Notes: generated by a model not told the origin, from the sequence alone. A stretch of 64,000 nucleotides of DNA from an uncultured delta proteobacterium (GCA_963843145.1 CAWJJC010000028.1:704001-768000), one strand, 5' to 3'. Positions 9,533 to 19,295 are shown, numbered from the stretch's first letter. Made by a program: numbers and translations.

Positions 9533-10892
9533 ATGCGACGAACCATAGTAGAAGAATCGGTCCTCCTAGCCAGCGTCATCAAATGGATTGTGCTGGCTTC
9601 TTGCACCGGCGCGCTTGTCGGGCTGGGTACCACGGCCTTCCTCTTCCTCCTGGCTTTAGCCACGAATGCTTCCAACCAATACCGCTATATCTTTTTTCTC
9701 TTGCCGGTTGCCTTTTTTCTCAGTTCGCTGCTGATAAAATATCTGGCGCCCGACGCGGAAGGTCACGGCACGGAAAAAGTCATCGAAGCGATTCATAGGC
9801 GTGGAAGCCGTATTCCCCTGGCCGTGGTCCCGGTAAAACTTCTCGCCACCATAATTACGTTGGCGATTGGGGGCTCTGCCGGCAAGGAAGGACCGTGCGC
9901 TCAAATTGGGGCCGGCATTGCGGCATTTTTTGCCCGAGTGCTGAATCTTGAGGAGAACGATAGAAGAAAACTGGTGATCTGTGGAATCAGCGCCGGTTTT
10001 GCTACCGTTTTCGGCACACCTATTGCGGGGTCCATTTTCGGGGTAGAAGTCTTGTTCGTTGGCAGCCTTCTTTATGAGGTATTGTTACCTTCGTTCATTG
10101 CCGGGGTAACAGCCTATCAGGTGTCTACTTTCTTCGAAGTTCCGTATCTTCACACTCCGTCTATTCTTATAGCGAACATCAATGAGGCGCTTCTGTTGAA
10201 GGTGATTTTCTCCGGCATCATCTTCGGGGTTATTTCGGCGCTGCTGATTGTGGGTTTGCACCTGGGGCATAAACTTGCCGACAAATTTCGGGTCTGGACG
10301 CCAATCAAGGGACTTATCGGCGGTGGCTTCATCGTGCTCCTGGCTTTGGCTTTCGGAAATCAGTTTCTCGGCTTGGGTATGCAGACCATCAGTTCCTGCC
10401 TGAACGGTCAGCCGGCATCCTGGGATGCTCCGTTCCTCAAAATTGTCTTCACTTCCCTCACGCTCAGTTTCGGAGGAAGCGGAGGAATAGTCACCCCCAT
10501 ATTCTTCATCGGCAGCACCACGGGAGCACTGGTTGCACAGGTATTGCACATGGATTCCGCCATACTGGCCGCCATAGGTTTTGTGAGCCTTCTGGCGGGC
10601 GCCGCCAACACGCCCGATTGCCGCGAGCATCATGGCGGTAGAGATGTTCGGCCCTTCCGTAGGACCCTATGCGGCGGTGGCCTGCATCATCAGTTACCTG
10701 GTGACCGGCCATCGCAGCGTCTATCCCTCTCAGGTCTTGGCGGTAACGAAATCCTCGTCACTAAATGCGGAAATGGGGCAGGAAATGCACGCCGTTCATG
10801 CCTTGTATCAGAAAAGAAACAAAACCGTGACCGGTTTGCTCTTGACCCTACTGGACAAAGTGCATGACAAATGGAAAAGACGGGGGAAATGA
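9533..10892 (+). CDS. CLC-family chloride channel/antiporter, split by a +1 frameshift near 10613
   Basis: EGHGTE, GSAGKEGP, FGTPIAG and GGIVTP motifs; removing one C from ACGCCCGATT restores ANTPIAASIMAVEMFG and joins ORF 10632-10892. Confidence 0.88.
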
Positions 10893-10948
10893 AAACAATC
10901 GGTTTAACCGGCCGTCGAAGGCGGAAACCCCGGCCACAAGTTCAGTTA

Positions 10949-11947
10949 CTAACTCCCTGAATCGGCGGGGGGGTCCGGCCTTTTATTCTTAAGAAGTTTT
11001 CTTTTCAAGACCCGGTGCCAGTCGGTGAAATCCGGTTCTCCCTGATCCTGTTCCAGGTGGTCGCTCATCATTTTCAGCTTTCCCTCAAGGTCATCCAGGA
11101 AATGGACTACCAGGGCTTCCCGGGTCTGAGGCAGAACCGGTGAGCCGAATTCCAACTGGCCGTGGTGGGCCAGAACGATATGTTCCAACTGGGTGAGCAG
11201 CCGGGGATCGTCCCAGCCGATCGTGCGGGCCGCCTCTCGAACCATCTCCCAGCCTAGGACGATATGACCCAGCAATTGACCCTCGAAACTGTTTTGGGCC
11301 GTTAATCCCTCCTCAATCTCTTTAATCTTGCCCAGATCATGGAGCATGGCCCCGGCCAGTAACAGGCCGCGGTTCAGGTCGGGGAAAATATCCGCCGTCA
11401 TCCGGGTCAGCCGGACCACCCGGTGGGTGTGTTCCATCAAACCGCCCCGGTAGGCGTGGTGGTATTGTTTGGCTGCCGGGCGGATAAGCCAGGCTTCTTT
11501 ATGGGTTTGAAGCAGGTTCAGGGTGAGGGTCTTCAGGTCAGGAGGATCGATTTCGGTTTCCACCCAATGGAGGATTTCATTCCAGAGTTCCAGAGGATCG
11601 AGAGGCGAGACGGGGACCAGCAAACCGGGGTCGAAATGGGAGGCTTCCAGTTGTTCGGGTGGGATCAGGTGGGTTCCCTTGATCCGCTCAATCGTCAACT
11701 GGCGTTCGTCCTGATAGGAGTCCACTTTTCCGGCCACCCCGGCGAACTGGCCGGCTTCAAAGAGGGGATCCAACTGTTCGAGGGACTCGTTCCAGATTTT
11801 AGCTCCCAGGTTTCCGGTTCGATCGGCCAGGGTGATATCCAGATATTCCTTGCCGCCCCGGGTGCGGCGCCGCTCTTTTTTCTTGACCAAAAAATACTGA
11901 TTGACCTTGCTGCCGGGTTTCAGTTCATTGATAAAAGTATGAGGCAT
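10949..11947 (-). CDS. yhaM: YhaM/Cbf1-family 3'-5' exoribonuclease (OB fold plus HD domain)
   Basis: N-terminal OB fold (LADRTG...KIW); PAAK.YHHAY.GGL.EH; HDLGK; GHI; HHG.LEFGSP. Confidence 0.9.
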   Translation of the reverse strand: MPHTFINELKPGSKVNQYFLVKKKERRRTRGGKEYLDITLADRTGNLGAKIWNESLEQLDPLFEAGQFAGVAGKVDSYQDERQLTIERIKGTHLIPPEQLEASHFDPGLLVPVSPLDPLELWNEILHWVETEIDPPDLKTLTLNLLQTHKEAWLIRPAAKQYHHAYRGGLMEHTHRVVRLTRMTADIFPDLNRGLLLAGAMLHDLGKIKEIEEGLTAQNSFEGQLLGHIVLGWEMVREAARTIGWDDPRLLTQLEHIVLAHHGQLEFGSPVLPQTREALVVHFLDDLEGKLKMMSDHLEQDQGEPDFTDWHRVLKRKLLKNKRPDPPADSGS

Positions 11948-11972
11948 GGGCGGAGAGTTTCTTGCCGGTTAT
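11633..11972 (-). repeat. Copy 1 of a ~340-bp direct repeat (yhaM 5' end plus upstream sequence)
   Basis: Aligns to 13274-13614 at roughly 95% identity by eye. Confidence 0.9.
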
Positions 11973-12346
11973 GCCGCGTCCTTGAGCGTTCTGTACGGCT
12001 GAATCAGTACTTCTGCAGAAATACCCAAACCATTGTGAAGGTTTCTGATCATCTCCATAGTGAGCGGACGTTTTCGATTCAAGACTTCGGAAACGCGCGC
12101 ACGACTCCCAATAAAGGGCTCTAAGTCTCGGCGAGAGAGACCCCTACTTTCCATATGGTACAGAATGGCTTCAATAGGGTCAGGTAGAGGAATCGCGTAA
12201 TGCTTTTCCTCATAGACTTCCGTGAGGGTTGTCAGAACTTCAAGACGATCTGCTTCAGCCGTACCGGGCTTCGCGTCAAAGAGCCGCTCAATCTCTTTGA
12301 GTGCGGCCTCGTAATCGGCTTCTGTCCTTATTGGCTTTATTTTCAC
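11969..12346 (-). CDS. higA: HigA antitoxin (HTH)
   Basis: IKPIRTEADYEAAL...PDPIEAI...RARVSEVLNRKRPLT..MIR.LH..LGI. Confidence 0.92.
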   Translation of the reverse strand: MKIKPIRTEADYEAALKEIERLFDAKPGTAEADRLEVLTTLTEVYEEKHYAIPLPDPIEAILYHMESRGLSRRDLEPFIGSRARVSEVLNRKRPLTMEMIRNLHNGLGISAEVLIQPYRTLKDAA

Positions 12347-12359
12347 GTCTGGGACCTCC

Positions 12360-12653
12360 TTAGACTTTCGCGGCTTCTATCCTGTCGTACTCTTGGTGCG
12401 TGCCGACAAACCTGATAAACACAATGCCGTACTCATAGCGTATAGCGACGACCAATCTATAGCGGTTGCCCTTAAGGTTAAAGACAACCCTGTCGTTTCC
12501 TACAAAACTGGCACTTCGATAGTCTGCCTTGATGTCCGCAGAGCTTTTCCATATAGCATGCTTGGCATCGTCATACCACGCCTGGAGCGGCTGTCGCACA
12601 TCAGGATGCTGCTCCCAAAATTTCTTGAGTTTCTTTCGGGATATGACCCTCAT
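12360..12653 (-). CDS. higB: HigB mRNA-interferase toxin
   Basis: MRVISRKKL..FWE.HPD...RVVFNLKGN.YRLVV...IRFVGTH.EYD; lies upstream of higA. Confidence 0.92.
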   Translation of the reverse strand: MRVISRKKLKKFWEQHPDVRQPLQAWYDDAKHAIWKSSADIKADYRSASFVGNDRVVFNLKGNRYRLVVAIRYEYGIVFIRFVGTHQEYDRIEAAKV

Positions 12654-12724
12654 TAAAGATAGTATATCCTGTTCCCAAATAGGGAGCAACTAAAATTATC
12701 ACAGTTTTATAAGCGGTTCTATAG

Positions 12725-12788
12725 CCATAACGCTGGGCATGAGAGGCGCGCGGCTTTTTTCGCGTCCCGCTCAATGCGGTGGTTCGAA
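12725..12788 (-). mobile_element. Integron attC site
   Basis: Minus strand TTCGAAC-caccgcattgagcgggacgcgaaaaaagccgcgcgcctctcatgcccagc-GTTATGG, 64 bp imperfect palindrome overlapping the stop of the upstream gene. Confidence 0.8.
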
Positions 12789-13042
12789 ATTTTTAAGGGA
12801 TTCCAATAGTTCAACGTCGGCCAAATCCTTGGTCCTCCCCGAGGCCTTTTTATTGTGGATCAAATCGTCGATTGAAGGAATATGGACTTCAATCCCTTCG
12901 ATGATCACCGAAATTGAGTATCGATGTCCATAGTGGCCCGTGGATAACCGTGGGCCGCCAGCGCATAGGCGCCGACGAGGATGAATCTAACCTTCTCGTC
13001 GGACAAGGCATGTAATATGTCTCTATAGTCTTCGTTCAACAT
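12771..13042 (-). pseudogene. Nucleotidyltransferase-fold (MNT-like) gene with an internal deletion and frameshift
   Basis: MLNEDYRDILHAL...LVGAYALAAHGYPRATMDID, then a jump to another frame IPSIDDLIHNKKASGRTKDLADVELL; the central part is missing. Confidence 0.75.
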
Positions 13043-13178
13043 CGTGCTTTACGCTCAGAGATGCGATTTCTCGGGTTAATGGCCAGACGAGTCCAATGCG
13101 CTCTTCCGGTGTGCCGGGAACGTAATCGTCATTCCATTGGTCCGTCATTCTGTATATTGCTGTTTGTTTCCTGTCCAT
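13023..13178 (-). CDS. Small protein overlapping the nucleotidyltransferase start (putative TA partner, possibly prematurely stopped)
   Basis: MDRKQTAIYRMTDQWNDDYVPGTPEERIGLVWPLTREIASLSVKHDVERRL, 51 aa, below the ORF-track cutoff. Confidence 0.55.
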   Translation of the reverse strand: MDRKQTAIYRMTDQWNDDYVPGTPEERIGLVWPLTREIASLSVKHDVERRL

Positions 13179-13247
13179 AAATTCAAAATACCATTTTACC
13201 CCTGCAAGATCAATCGGATACTTATTCCGAACAAGTTCTTATAGGCT

Positions 13248-13589
13248 TTAGGGGGTCGGACCCAATGCCGCCTGAAATGGGAGGCCTACCAGTTGCTCGG
13301 GAGGGATCAGGTGGGTTCCCTTGATCCGCTCAATCGTCAACTGGCGTTCGTCCTGATAGGAGTCCACTTTCCCGGCCACCCCGGCGAACTGGCCGGCTTC
13401 AAAGAGGGGATCCAACTGTTCGAGGGACTCGCTCCAGATTTTAGCCCCCAGGCTCCCGGTTCGATCGGCCAGGATGATATCCAGATAATCCTTGCCGCCC
13501 CGGGTGCGGCGTCGCTCTTTTTTCTTGATCAAAAAATACTGATTGACCTTGCTGCCGGGTTTCAGTTCATTGATAAAGATATGAGGCAT
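13248..13589 (-). pseudogene. Truncated second copy of yhaM (OB fold only)
   Basis: First ~100 aa nearly identical to 10949-11947, then diverges; part of repeat 13274-13614. Confidence 0.88.
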
Positions 13590-13679
13590 GGGCGGAGAGA
13601 TTCTTACCGGTTATAATTTAATGAGGTTTTCTCAAAATTCAACGTAATAAGTCGTTTGAACCCTCTAATGCCCCGCGTA

Positions 13680-13737
13680 GCGGAACGCAGGCATCAGCCG
13701 CGCTGTTTTTTGCTTAGGCGGGATACATTTGTTGGCT
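13680..13737 (-). mobile_element. Degenerate integron attC site
   Basis: Minus strand AGCCAAC...gcaaaaaacagcgcggctgatgcctgc-GTTCCGC; R'' AGAGCCAAC is complementary to the cassette start ATTGGCTCT at 14403-14411. Confidence 0.62.
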
Positions 13738-13888
13738 CTGGTTTCTTAAGAGTAAGACGGACAATCTTGTGCCCAGAGGCGGTTTGAATGGAACGGAGAT
13801 CAGCACATATTGCAGAAAGATCACCTCGAAATTTTTGAGTGTGTTCCATTCGATGCATACGGACTTCTTCAACAATAGGGTCTTTCAT
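13694..13888 (-). CDS. Small putative antitoxin of the PIN pair
   Basis: MKDPIVEEVR..R..H start, typical of small genes following this PIN family; 3 nt after the PIN stop. Confidence 0.7.
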   Translation of the reverse strand: MKDPIVEEVRMHRMEHTQKFRGDLSAICADLRSIQTASGHKIVRLTLKKPEPTNVSRLSKKQRG

Positions 13889-13891
13889 TTT

Positions 13892-14365
13892 TTAAGCCTC
13901 CAATAATTCGTCAGGTGAGCAGATTTCAGGGCAAAGATATCCTTCATTTTCGACGATTTGCCTTATCGCCCTACGGGTGAAGGGGTTGTTCAGATGAGCA
14001 AAATTCCATGTGACAACCACATCGATACTGTTCACCGCTGCTACTGCAATATGAAGGGCATCTTCCGGATAATTAGCCGGTATGCCCCTCCCCGAAATGA
14101 TATTTCCAGCAAGAGATCTAACCTCGTTATCAATGTCGAGCATTGGAAAAGGTTTAATGGCTACCAGCCGAATCTTGGCTTGGTCTGAATCGCCTTTGCT
14201 GGCCTCTTCATACACGAGTGCCGAGATGTATGTCTCATACTTGGTTGATAGTTCAGGCCAAAGATCCCGAGTGGCCTCCTGATGGCCGGCAATCATTAAA
14301 TCACGGCTTGGCCGAGCAGTGTAATAGCTCACTATAGTCGTTTCGATATATATTCGTTTCTTCAT
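13892..14365 (-). CDS. PIN-domain (VapC-like) nuclease
   Basis: IYIETTIVSY...EDALHIAVA...VVTWNFAHL. Confidence 0.88.
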   Translation of the reverse strand: MKKRIYIETTIVSYYTARPSRDLMIAGHQEATRDLWPELSTKYETYISALVYEEASKGDSDQAKIRLVAIKPFPMLDIDNEVRSLAGNIISGRGIPANYPEDALHIAVAAVNSIDVVVTWNFAHLNNPFTRRAIRQIVENEGYLCPEICSPDELLEA

Positions 14366-14404
14366 ATTTCAATCATAACATTTTTCAGCGCTGTTTTAAA
14401 TCAG

Positions 14405-14493
14405 AGCCAATGCGGCGTTCACCCGTGGCACGCAGCTTGCGGGCCGGAGGCCAGGCAAGCAAGTAACATCGGTGTCCAATGGCCTGGTTGGCG
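14405..14493 (-). mobile_element. Integron attC site with R' mutated from GTT to ATT
   Basis: Minus strand CGCCAAC-caggccattggacaccgatg...ccacgggtgaacgccgc-ATTGGCT, 89 bp imperfect palindrome. Confidence 0.68.
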
Positions 14494-14563
14494 ACGACTG
14501 TGTCGGAGTCGACCGGAACATGGTACCGAAGGGGCAACGCCGCATTGGCGACGGCGCAGTCGT

Positions 14564-14624
14564 CGCCAACGTCGCAAATCAGCCGCGAGGCTTTTTGCGT
14601 CGGCTGCATTTGCCTTGGCTAGGG
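14564..14624 (-). mobile_element. Integron attC site with R'' mutated from AAC to AGC
   Basis: Minus strand CCCTAGC-caaggcaaatgcagccgacgcaaaaagcctcgcggctgatttgcgac-GTTGGCG; gcaaat/atttgc and cagccg/cggctg stems with extrahelical bases. Confidence 0.8.
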
Positions 14625-15104
14625 CTCTTTTTCTGAAGCTTCTAAACAAAAAGGTTCAAGCTTTATAATCAATCGATTAGCTAGACGATCCAATACGTTG
14701 ATATCAGGCAGCGTACTTTGACTTTCAACAATGTTTTTGAGTTCGAAGTATTCAAATCCTTTTCTGACATACCATCTGTTGGCTTTAACGATATTGTCCT
14801 GCTCCTCATCGGATATTGAAACTATCGAAAACAATCCGAGGTTTTTTGATTTCGTTAGAATTTTATCTAAATCATGTCCAAGGATTCTTTCTTTCAAACG
14901 ATCCCGACTGACACCACTTGCAAGCAAGTACGCCTTCTAGAAAGTTCTAATGCCGTCAAATCAAATAATAAGCTGCTGGTGAAAAGGCATTTTTGAACTA
15001 TTGAAGTGATGCGCTTTAAAAATCTTTTAATATATGATGAACGCCAATGGGCTAAGAAAAACGCGAACTGGCGGGACATTAATTGTAATATTTTTGTTGT
15101 CCAT
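14619..15104 (-). pseudogene. HEPN-like cassette gene with several indels
   Basis: Fragments across frames: MDNKNITINVPPVRVFLSPLAF / ALELS / KAYLLASG...ILGHDLDKIL; ELxxKA and GHDL are HEPN-like. Confidence 0.5.
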
Positions 15105-15126
15105 ATCCAAATACCAATAATCTTAA

Positions 15127-15185
15127 GCCCTACCCCCAGGATGAGGAACGCGGCTTAGCGCGTCTGCTCTGTCCGTTTGATGGGC
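15127..15185 (-). mobile_element. Degenerate integron attC site
   Basis: Minus strand GCCCATC-aaacggacagagcagacgcgctaagccgcgttcctcatcctggg-GGTAGGGC; the R' remnant pairs with R'' GCCCTAGC at 14618-14625. Confidence 0.55.
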
Positions 15186-15257
15186 CGGGGACCCGCAGGG
15201 CTAAAAACTTGTTGAGGGGGGCGCTCCGCAGCGAAAGTTGGGCGCTGCGCAAGAGCC

Positions 15258-15769
15258 TTACTTTGCTGGTGGCGACACCCATGGGTGAATGAGCTCACAC
15301 TTTCCAGAGCCCTCAGATGCTGGAACGATTTTGCTACGGTCCAAAGCGTAAACCAAAAGCCTATAGCGTCCCGTAGTCCAATTAATCATGTAGACGATTT
15401 TGCCATGAAAGGGAGAATCGTACTCTAGGCTCATTTTCCATCTGAATCTTTATCCACTTTCTCGTATAGCAATGGATCATCCGAAGCAACCCCCTTGAAA
15501 TAAGTTCTTACTACCAGATAGTCTCCCATAGGCGGCTCTGGCTTCGTGCCAGCCTTGTGGTTCGCGGCCCTCCTTTTCTCAATATCTGTAGTCTTGGCAA
15601 TAATGGCGAAACCGCCTTCGTCTTTATCAGGGAAGCATACATATTCGTCGGCATAATGATTAAAGGCGTTCGAGTCGCGCAGTTCGTTGTAATACTGGCG
15701 CGTGGTCTGGGCAATAGCTACGCCAGACACCGATATGAAAAGTAGCGCCAACAAAAACCGAATGTTCAT
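15258..15769 (-). pseudogene. Secreted hypothetical cassette protein, frameshifted near 15432
   Basis: Signal peptide MNIRFLLALLFISVSGVAIA; adding one G (TGAGC to TGGAGC) extends the frame WSLEYDSPFHG...CELIHPWVSPPAK to TAA at 15258; cassette bounded by GTTGGGC and GCCCAAC. Confidence 0.6.
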
Positions 15770-15794
15770 TACATGCTTCGCACTGTGTTGTAAA

Positions 15795-15854
15795 GCCCAA
15801 CGCAGAGCTAACCGGCTCGCCGAAGGCGAGACCGATTTGAGCGCCGGGTTGGGT
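15795..15854 (-). mobile_element. Canonical integron attC site (60 bp)
   Basis: Minus strand ACCCAAC-ccggcgctcaaatcggtctcgccttcggcgagccggttagctctgc-GTTGGGC; fits RYYYAAC...GTTRRRY with a central ctcgcc/ggcgag hairpin. Confidence 0.9.
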
Positions 15855-16360
15855 AGCTTAGACCTCATTTTTTTAATTCTAATGTTAGTTCCAAGACAGA
15901 TAACGCGAAGTTATCTAGTGGATTTTGTGAACAATGATTCTTCAGATACAACATCATAGAAGTTACATCCGTTGCCTTTCCCATATCCTGCCTTTTATAA
16001 ACACGGTGTAGGTTAATGGCTGATAGATATCCCTGCAACCACGTGACATAAAACCCGTAGTCATCATTCTGAAGTTCTTACGTTTTCAAAAATTGGCCGC
16101 ATGATCGAGTAGCAACTCCGAATAAGAGCAAATCTGTCTCAGGTGCGCCTTCCGCGAAAACATTATTCGTTTGTAACAGGATGACAAATAGAACGATGTA
16201 CTTGTACATGTCACCTCCGAGTATGGAAAGCCCAACAATATATTGAATAGTTTCTTTTCAATATCAAAAAACTCTGATGCCGTCAAGGTCGGCAACAAAT
16301 TAATTTACCTATCACCGAAGGCCATTAATTTCGGAGTGCCAGTGTACCCCGAGAATAAGC

Positions 16361-16395
16361 CTGGATTCCCGCTCAGAAGCACTGCGGGAATGACG
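16361..16395. repeat. REP-like palindrome (GGATTCCCGC...GCGGGAATGAC) at the island boundary, possibly the hemD terminator
   Basis: ATTCCCGC/GCGGGAAT inverted repeat immediately after the cobA-hemD stop. Confidence 0.6.
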
Positions 16396-16400
16396 ATCTA

Positions 16401-17922
16401 TCAGGGGTTCTGATAATACTGCTGGATGGCTTCCACCAGGTCCGGAATGGTAAAGGATTCGGGAATGATTTGGACCGTTAAGCCGTTATCCCGGGCCGTC
16501 TGAGCGGTAATCGGACCAATGCAGGCAATGGCGACGTTTGTCAGCCGGGGCCTGATATCCTGCCCTTCAAATAGGCTCAAGAAATTAAGGACCGTCGAAG
16601 AACTGGTAAAGGTCAGGCAATCTACGGTCCCGGCCTTTAGTTTCTCCAACAGGGGAATTTTTTCAGAATCGTCCGGCAGGGTTTGATAGGCGGGGGCCAC
16701 TACTACCTGGGCGCCCAGGCCCCGCAACCCTTCGGGCAGGATATCCCGGGCCTGCTCGGCCCTGGGGATCAAGATTTTTTTGCCGGCCATCCCCCAGGGA
16801 GCCAAGGCTTCCAGGATATACTCGGCCTGGAATTTTTCCGGCAACAGGTCGGCGCGTAATTTCCACTCCTTGAGTGCCCCGGCGGTAGCCGGACCGATGG
16901 CCCCGATTTTAGGTCCTTTAAGGTCCCTCAGGTCAAGTCCCAGGGTCATCAGCCGATTGAAAAAGGCCCCCACACCGTTCGGGCTGGTGAAAAGGACCCA
17001 GGAAAAAGAAACCAGGGAATGGATGGCCTGATCCAGGCCCTCCCAACTGGAGGGGGGGGCCAGACGAATGGTTGGAAACTCGAGGCAGGTGGCTCCCAGG
17101 TTTTCCAGGCGGTGTACCAGGTCACTGGCCTGCTCCCGGGTCCGGGTAACGACAATTTGTTTTCCAAACAGAGGGCGCCGCTCAAACCAGGACAAATGCT
17201 CCCTCAATTCGACCACCGACCCCACGACCAGGATGGCCGGCGGCCCCAGACCGGCGGCCTCGGCCAGTGGGACGATATCGGCCAGGGTACCGGTGACCGT
17301 GACCTGCTCGGGGGTGGTTCCCCAGCGAATCAAGGCCGCCGGGGTCAGCGGGAGATCTCCCGTTTTCGATCAACCGCTCCACGATCCGGGGCAGATTCTT
17401 GAAACCCATCAGAAAAACGAGGGTTTCAACGCCGGTAGCCAATTTCCCCCAGTCCAACCCGGTTTGGTCTTTCTGGGGATCTTCATGGCCGGTTATAAAG
17501 GCGACACTGGAGTTGTAACGACGGTGGGTCAAGGGGATGCCGGCATAAGCCGGAACGGCGATGGCCGAGGTGATCCCCGGAACCACTTCAAAGGGAATCC
17601 CCGCCTGCACCAGTTCTTCGGCCTCTTCACCCCCCCGGCCGAAGATGAAAGGATCGCCCCCCTTGAGTCGGACTACGTTTTTCCCTGTCCGAGCCCGGTC
17701 AATAATCAGTTGGTTGATTTCGCCTTGAGGGAGGGTATGATCTCCGCCCTTTTTACCCACATAGATGGTTTCAGCCGCATGGGATATGAATTTCAGCAGG
17801 GAAGGGTGGGCCAGGAAATCATATATGACCACCTCCGCCTCACCCAGTAAGCGCCGTCCCTTGAGCGTCAACAATTCCGGGTCCCCGGGGCCCGCCCCGA
17901 CTAAATAGACCTTACCCTTCAT
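16401..17922 (-). CDS. cobA: Fused uroporphyrinogen-III C-methyltransferase/synthase (CobA-HemD), +1 frameshift near 17350
   Basis: VYLVGAGPGDPELLT and RLKGGDPFIFGRGGEE (CobA); VVTR..EQA, FTSPNGV, FTSSSTV and IGPITA (HemD); removing one C restores RSPLTPAALIRWGT. Confidence 0.92.
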
Positions 17923-18859
17923 CACGGTTGCTCCCGTAAACCTGATCGAGAACCTCTCGGCCGCCCAACCCCAGCAGATGCTCGGCTAAAGCCGTCCCCA
18001 AGCCGTCGGGGTCCTGGATCGTCCCTTCCCGTTGATCCCTAAAAATAGTCTTCCCGTCCAGATCGGCGATTAATCCCGTCAGCCACAAACGCTCCCCCCG
18101 GACCCTGGCCAGGCCGGCCAAAGGGACCTGGCAACCCCCTTCCAATCGACGGAGAAAGGCCCGCTCGGCGCGGGCACAATGAGCGGATTCTTCATGATGC
18201 AAAAAGGCAATCCAATTTTCCAGACGAAAATCGTCGTCCCGAATTTCAAGGGCCAAAGCCCCTTGACCGACCGCCGGTAAGCAGACTTCGGGTTCCAGAT
18301 ACTCACTAATCAAATGGTTCCAGCCCAGGCGATGGAGTCCGGCCGCCGCCAGGACGATACCGGCCAATCCCTGGGTCTCCATCTTTCGAATCCGGGTGTC
18401 CAGGTTGCCCCTCAAGGGAAAAATTTCCAGGTCCGGCCGGTACCCCAGGAGTTGGGCCTTACGGCGTAGACTGCCGGTGCCGATCTTGGCCCGGGCCGGG
18501 ACCTGGGCCAGGGTGATTTTGAGCGGCGAAAGAAAAACGTCCCGGGGGTCTTCCCGAAGCGGAACGGCCCCGATCTTCAGCCCCTCCGGCAAGTCCCCCG
18601 GCATATCCTTCATGCTGTGGACGGCCAGATCGACTTTTTTAGTTAAAAGAGCTTCCTCGATCTCTTTGACGAAAAGCCCCTTCCCGCCCACCTGGGCCAG
18701 AGGGACATCCAGAATTTTATCCCCTTTGGTTTTGAGGGTGACCAACTCTACCTTCAGTTCCGGATGGTACTGCTCCAGACGATCCTTGACCCAATGGGCC
18801 TGCTGTAAGGCCAGGGGACTACCCCGGGTGCCGAGGCGAATAGCTTCCTCTTTGGTCAT
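17912..18859 (-). CDS. hemC: Porphobilinogen deaminase
   Basis: IRLGTRGSPLAL.Q, GKGLFVKE, AVHSMKD, LRGNLDTR, LEGGCQVP. Confidence 0.96.
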   Translation of the reverse strand: MTKEEAIRLGTRGSPLALQQAHWVKDRLEQYHPELKVELVTLKTKGDKILDVPLAQVGGKGLFVKEIEEALLTKKVDLAVHSMKDMPGDLPEGLKIGAVPLREDPRDVFLSPLKITLAQVPARAKIGTGSLRRKAQLLGYRPDLEIFPLRGNLDTRIRKMETQGLAGIVLAAAGLHRLGWNHLISEYLEPEVCLPAVGQGALALEIRDDDFRLENWIAFLHHEESAHCARAERAFLRRLEGGCQVPLAGLARVRGERLWLTGLIADLDGKTIFRDQREGTIQDPDGLGTALAEHLLGLGGREVLDQVYGSNRDEG

Positions 18860-18924
18860 TTCTCGTTTCCCGGCAGGAGAAGGGAGAGAGTGGTACGCGA
18901 CTGGTCGAGCATCTCGAGAAGAGG

Positions 18925-19143
18925 TTAGTGGCAGGTGGAGCAATTATGGGAGGCGCAACTGCCACAACTGGAGGATGAACCGGTCCCGACAAAGCGTTCC
19001 GACCCCTTAAAGGCAAAAGTGGACATCTTCCGTTCCAAGTTTTCCTTCTGGCATTTTGGGCAACAGATTTTTTCGGAGGATCTAAATACCAGCGCCTCAA
19101 AATCGTTTCCGCAATCCAAACAAATATATTCATAAATAGGCAT
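18925..19143 (-). CDS. FmdB-family zinc-ribbon protein
   Basis: MPIYEYICLDCG...CPKC, with a Cys-rich tail CGSCASHNCSTC. Confidence 0.88.
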   Translation of the reverse strand: MPIYEYICLDCGNDFEALVFRSSEKICCPKCQKENLERKMSTFAFKGSERFVGTGSSSSCGSCASHNCSTCH

Positions 19144-19295
19144 AAAAGGCTCCTTCTCGGCTATTTTTTTACATCTTTATAGATCTAATTTAATCACCAA
19201 ACCTGGTTTAGACAAGTTCAGGTTATTAACGGTCTCAAAATAATAATGACAGGATTCTTTAATGCCCCCTGGTCCCAGCCAAAGACAAAAGACGA

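Noticed and set aside
11633-13614. Diversity-generating retroelement TR/VR pair
   Set aside because: Mismatches are not confined to adenines (C/T and G/A changes also occur), the repeat is at the gene 5' end, and no reverse transcriptase is present
15858-16330. Additional intact cassette gene upstream of the last attC
   Set aside because: Only short broken frames; probably a decayed cassette whose product cannot be identified
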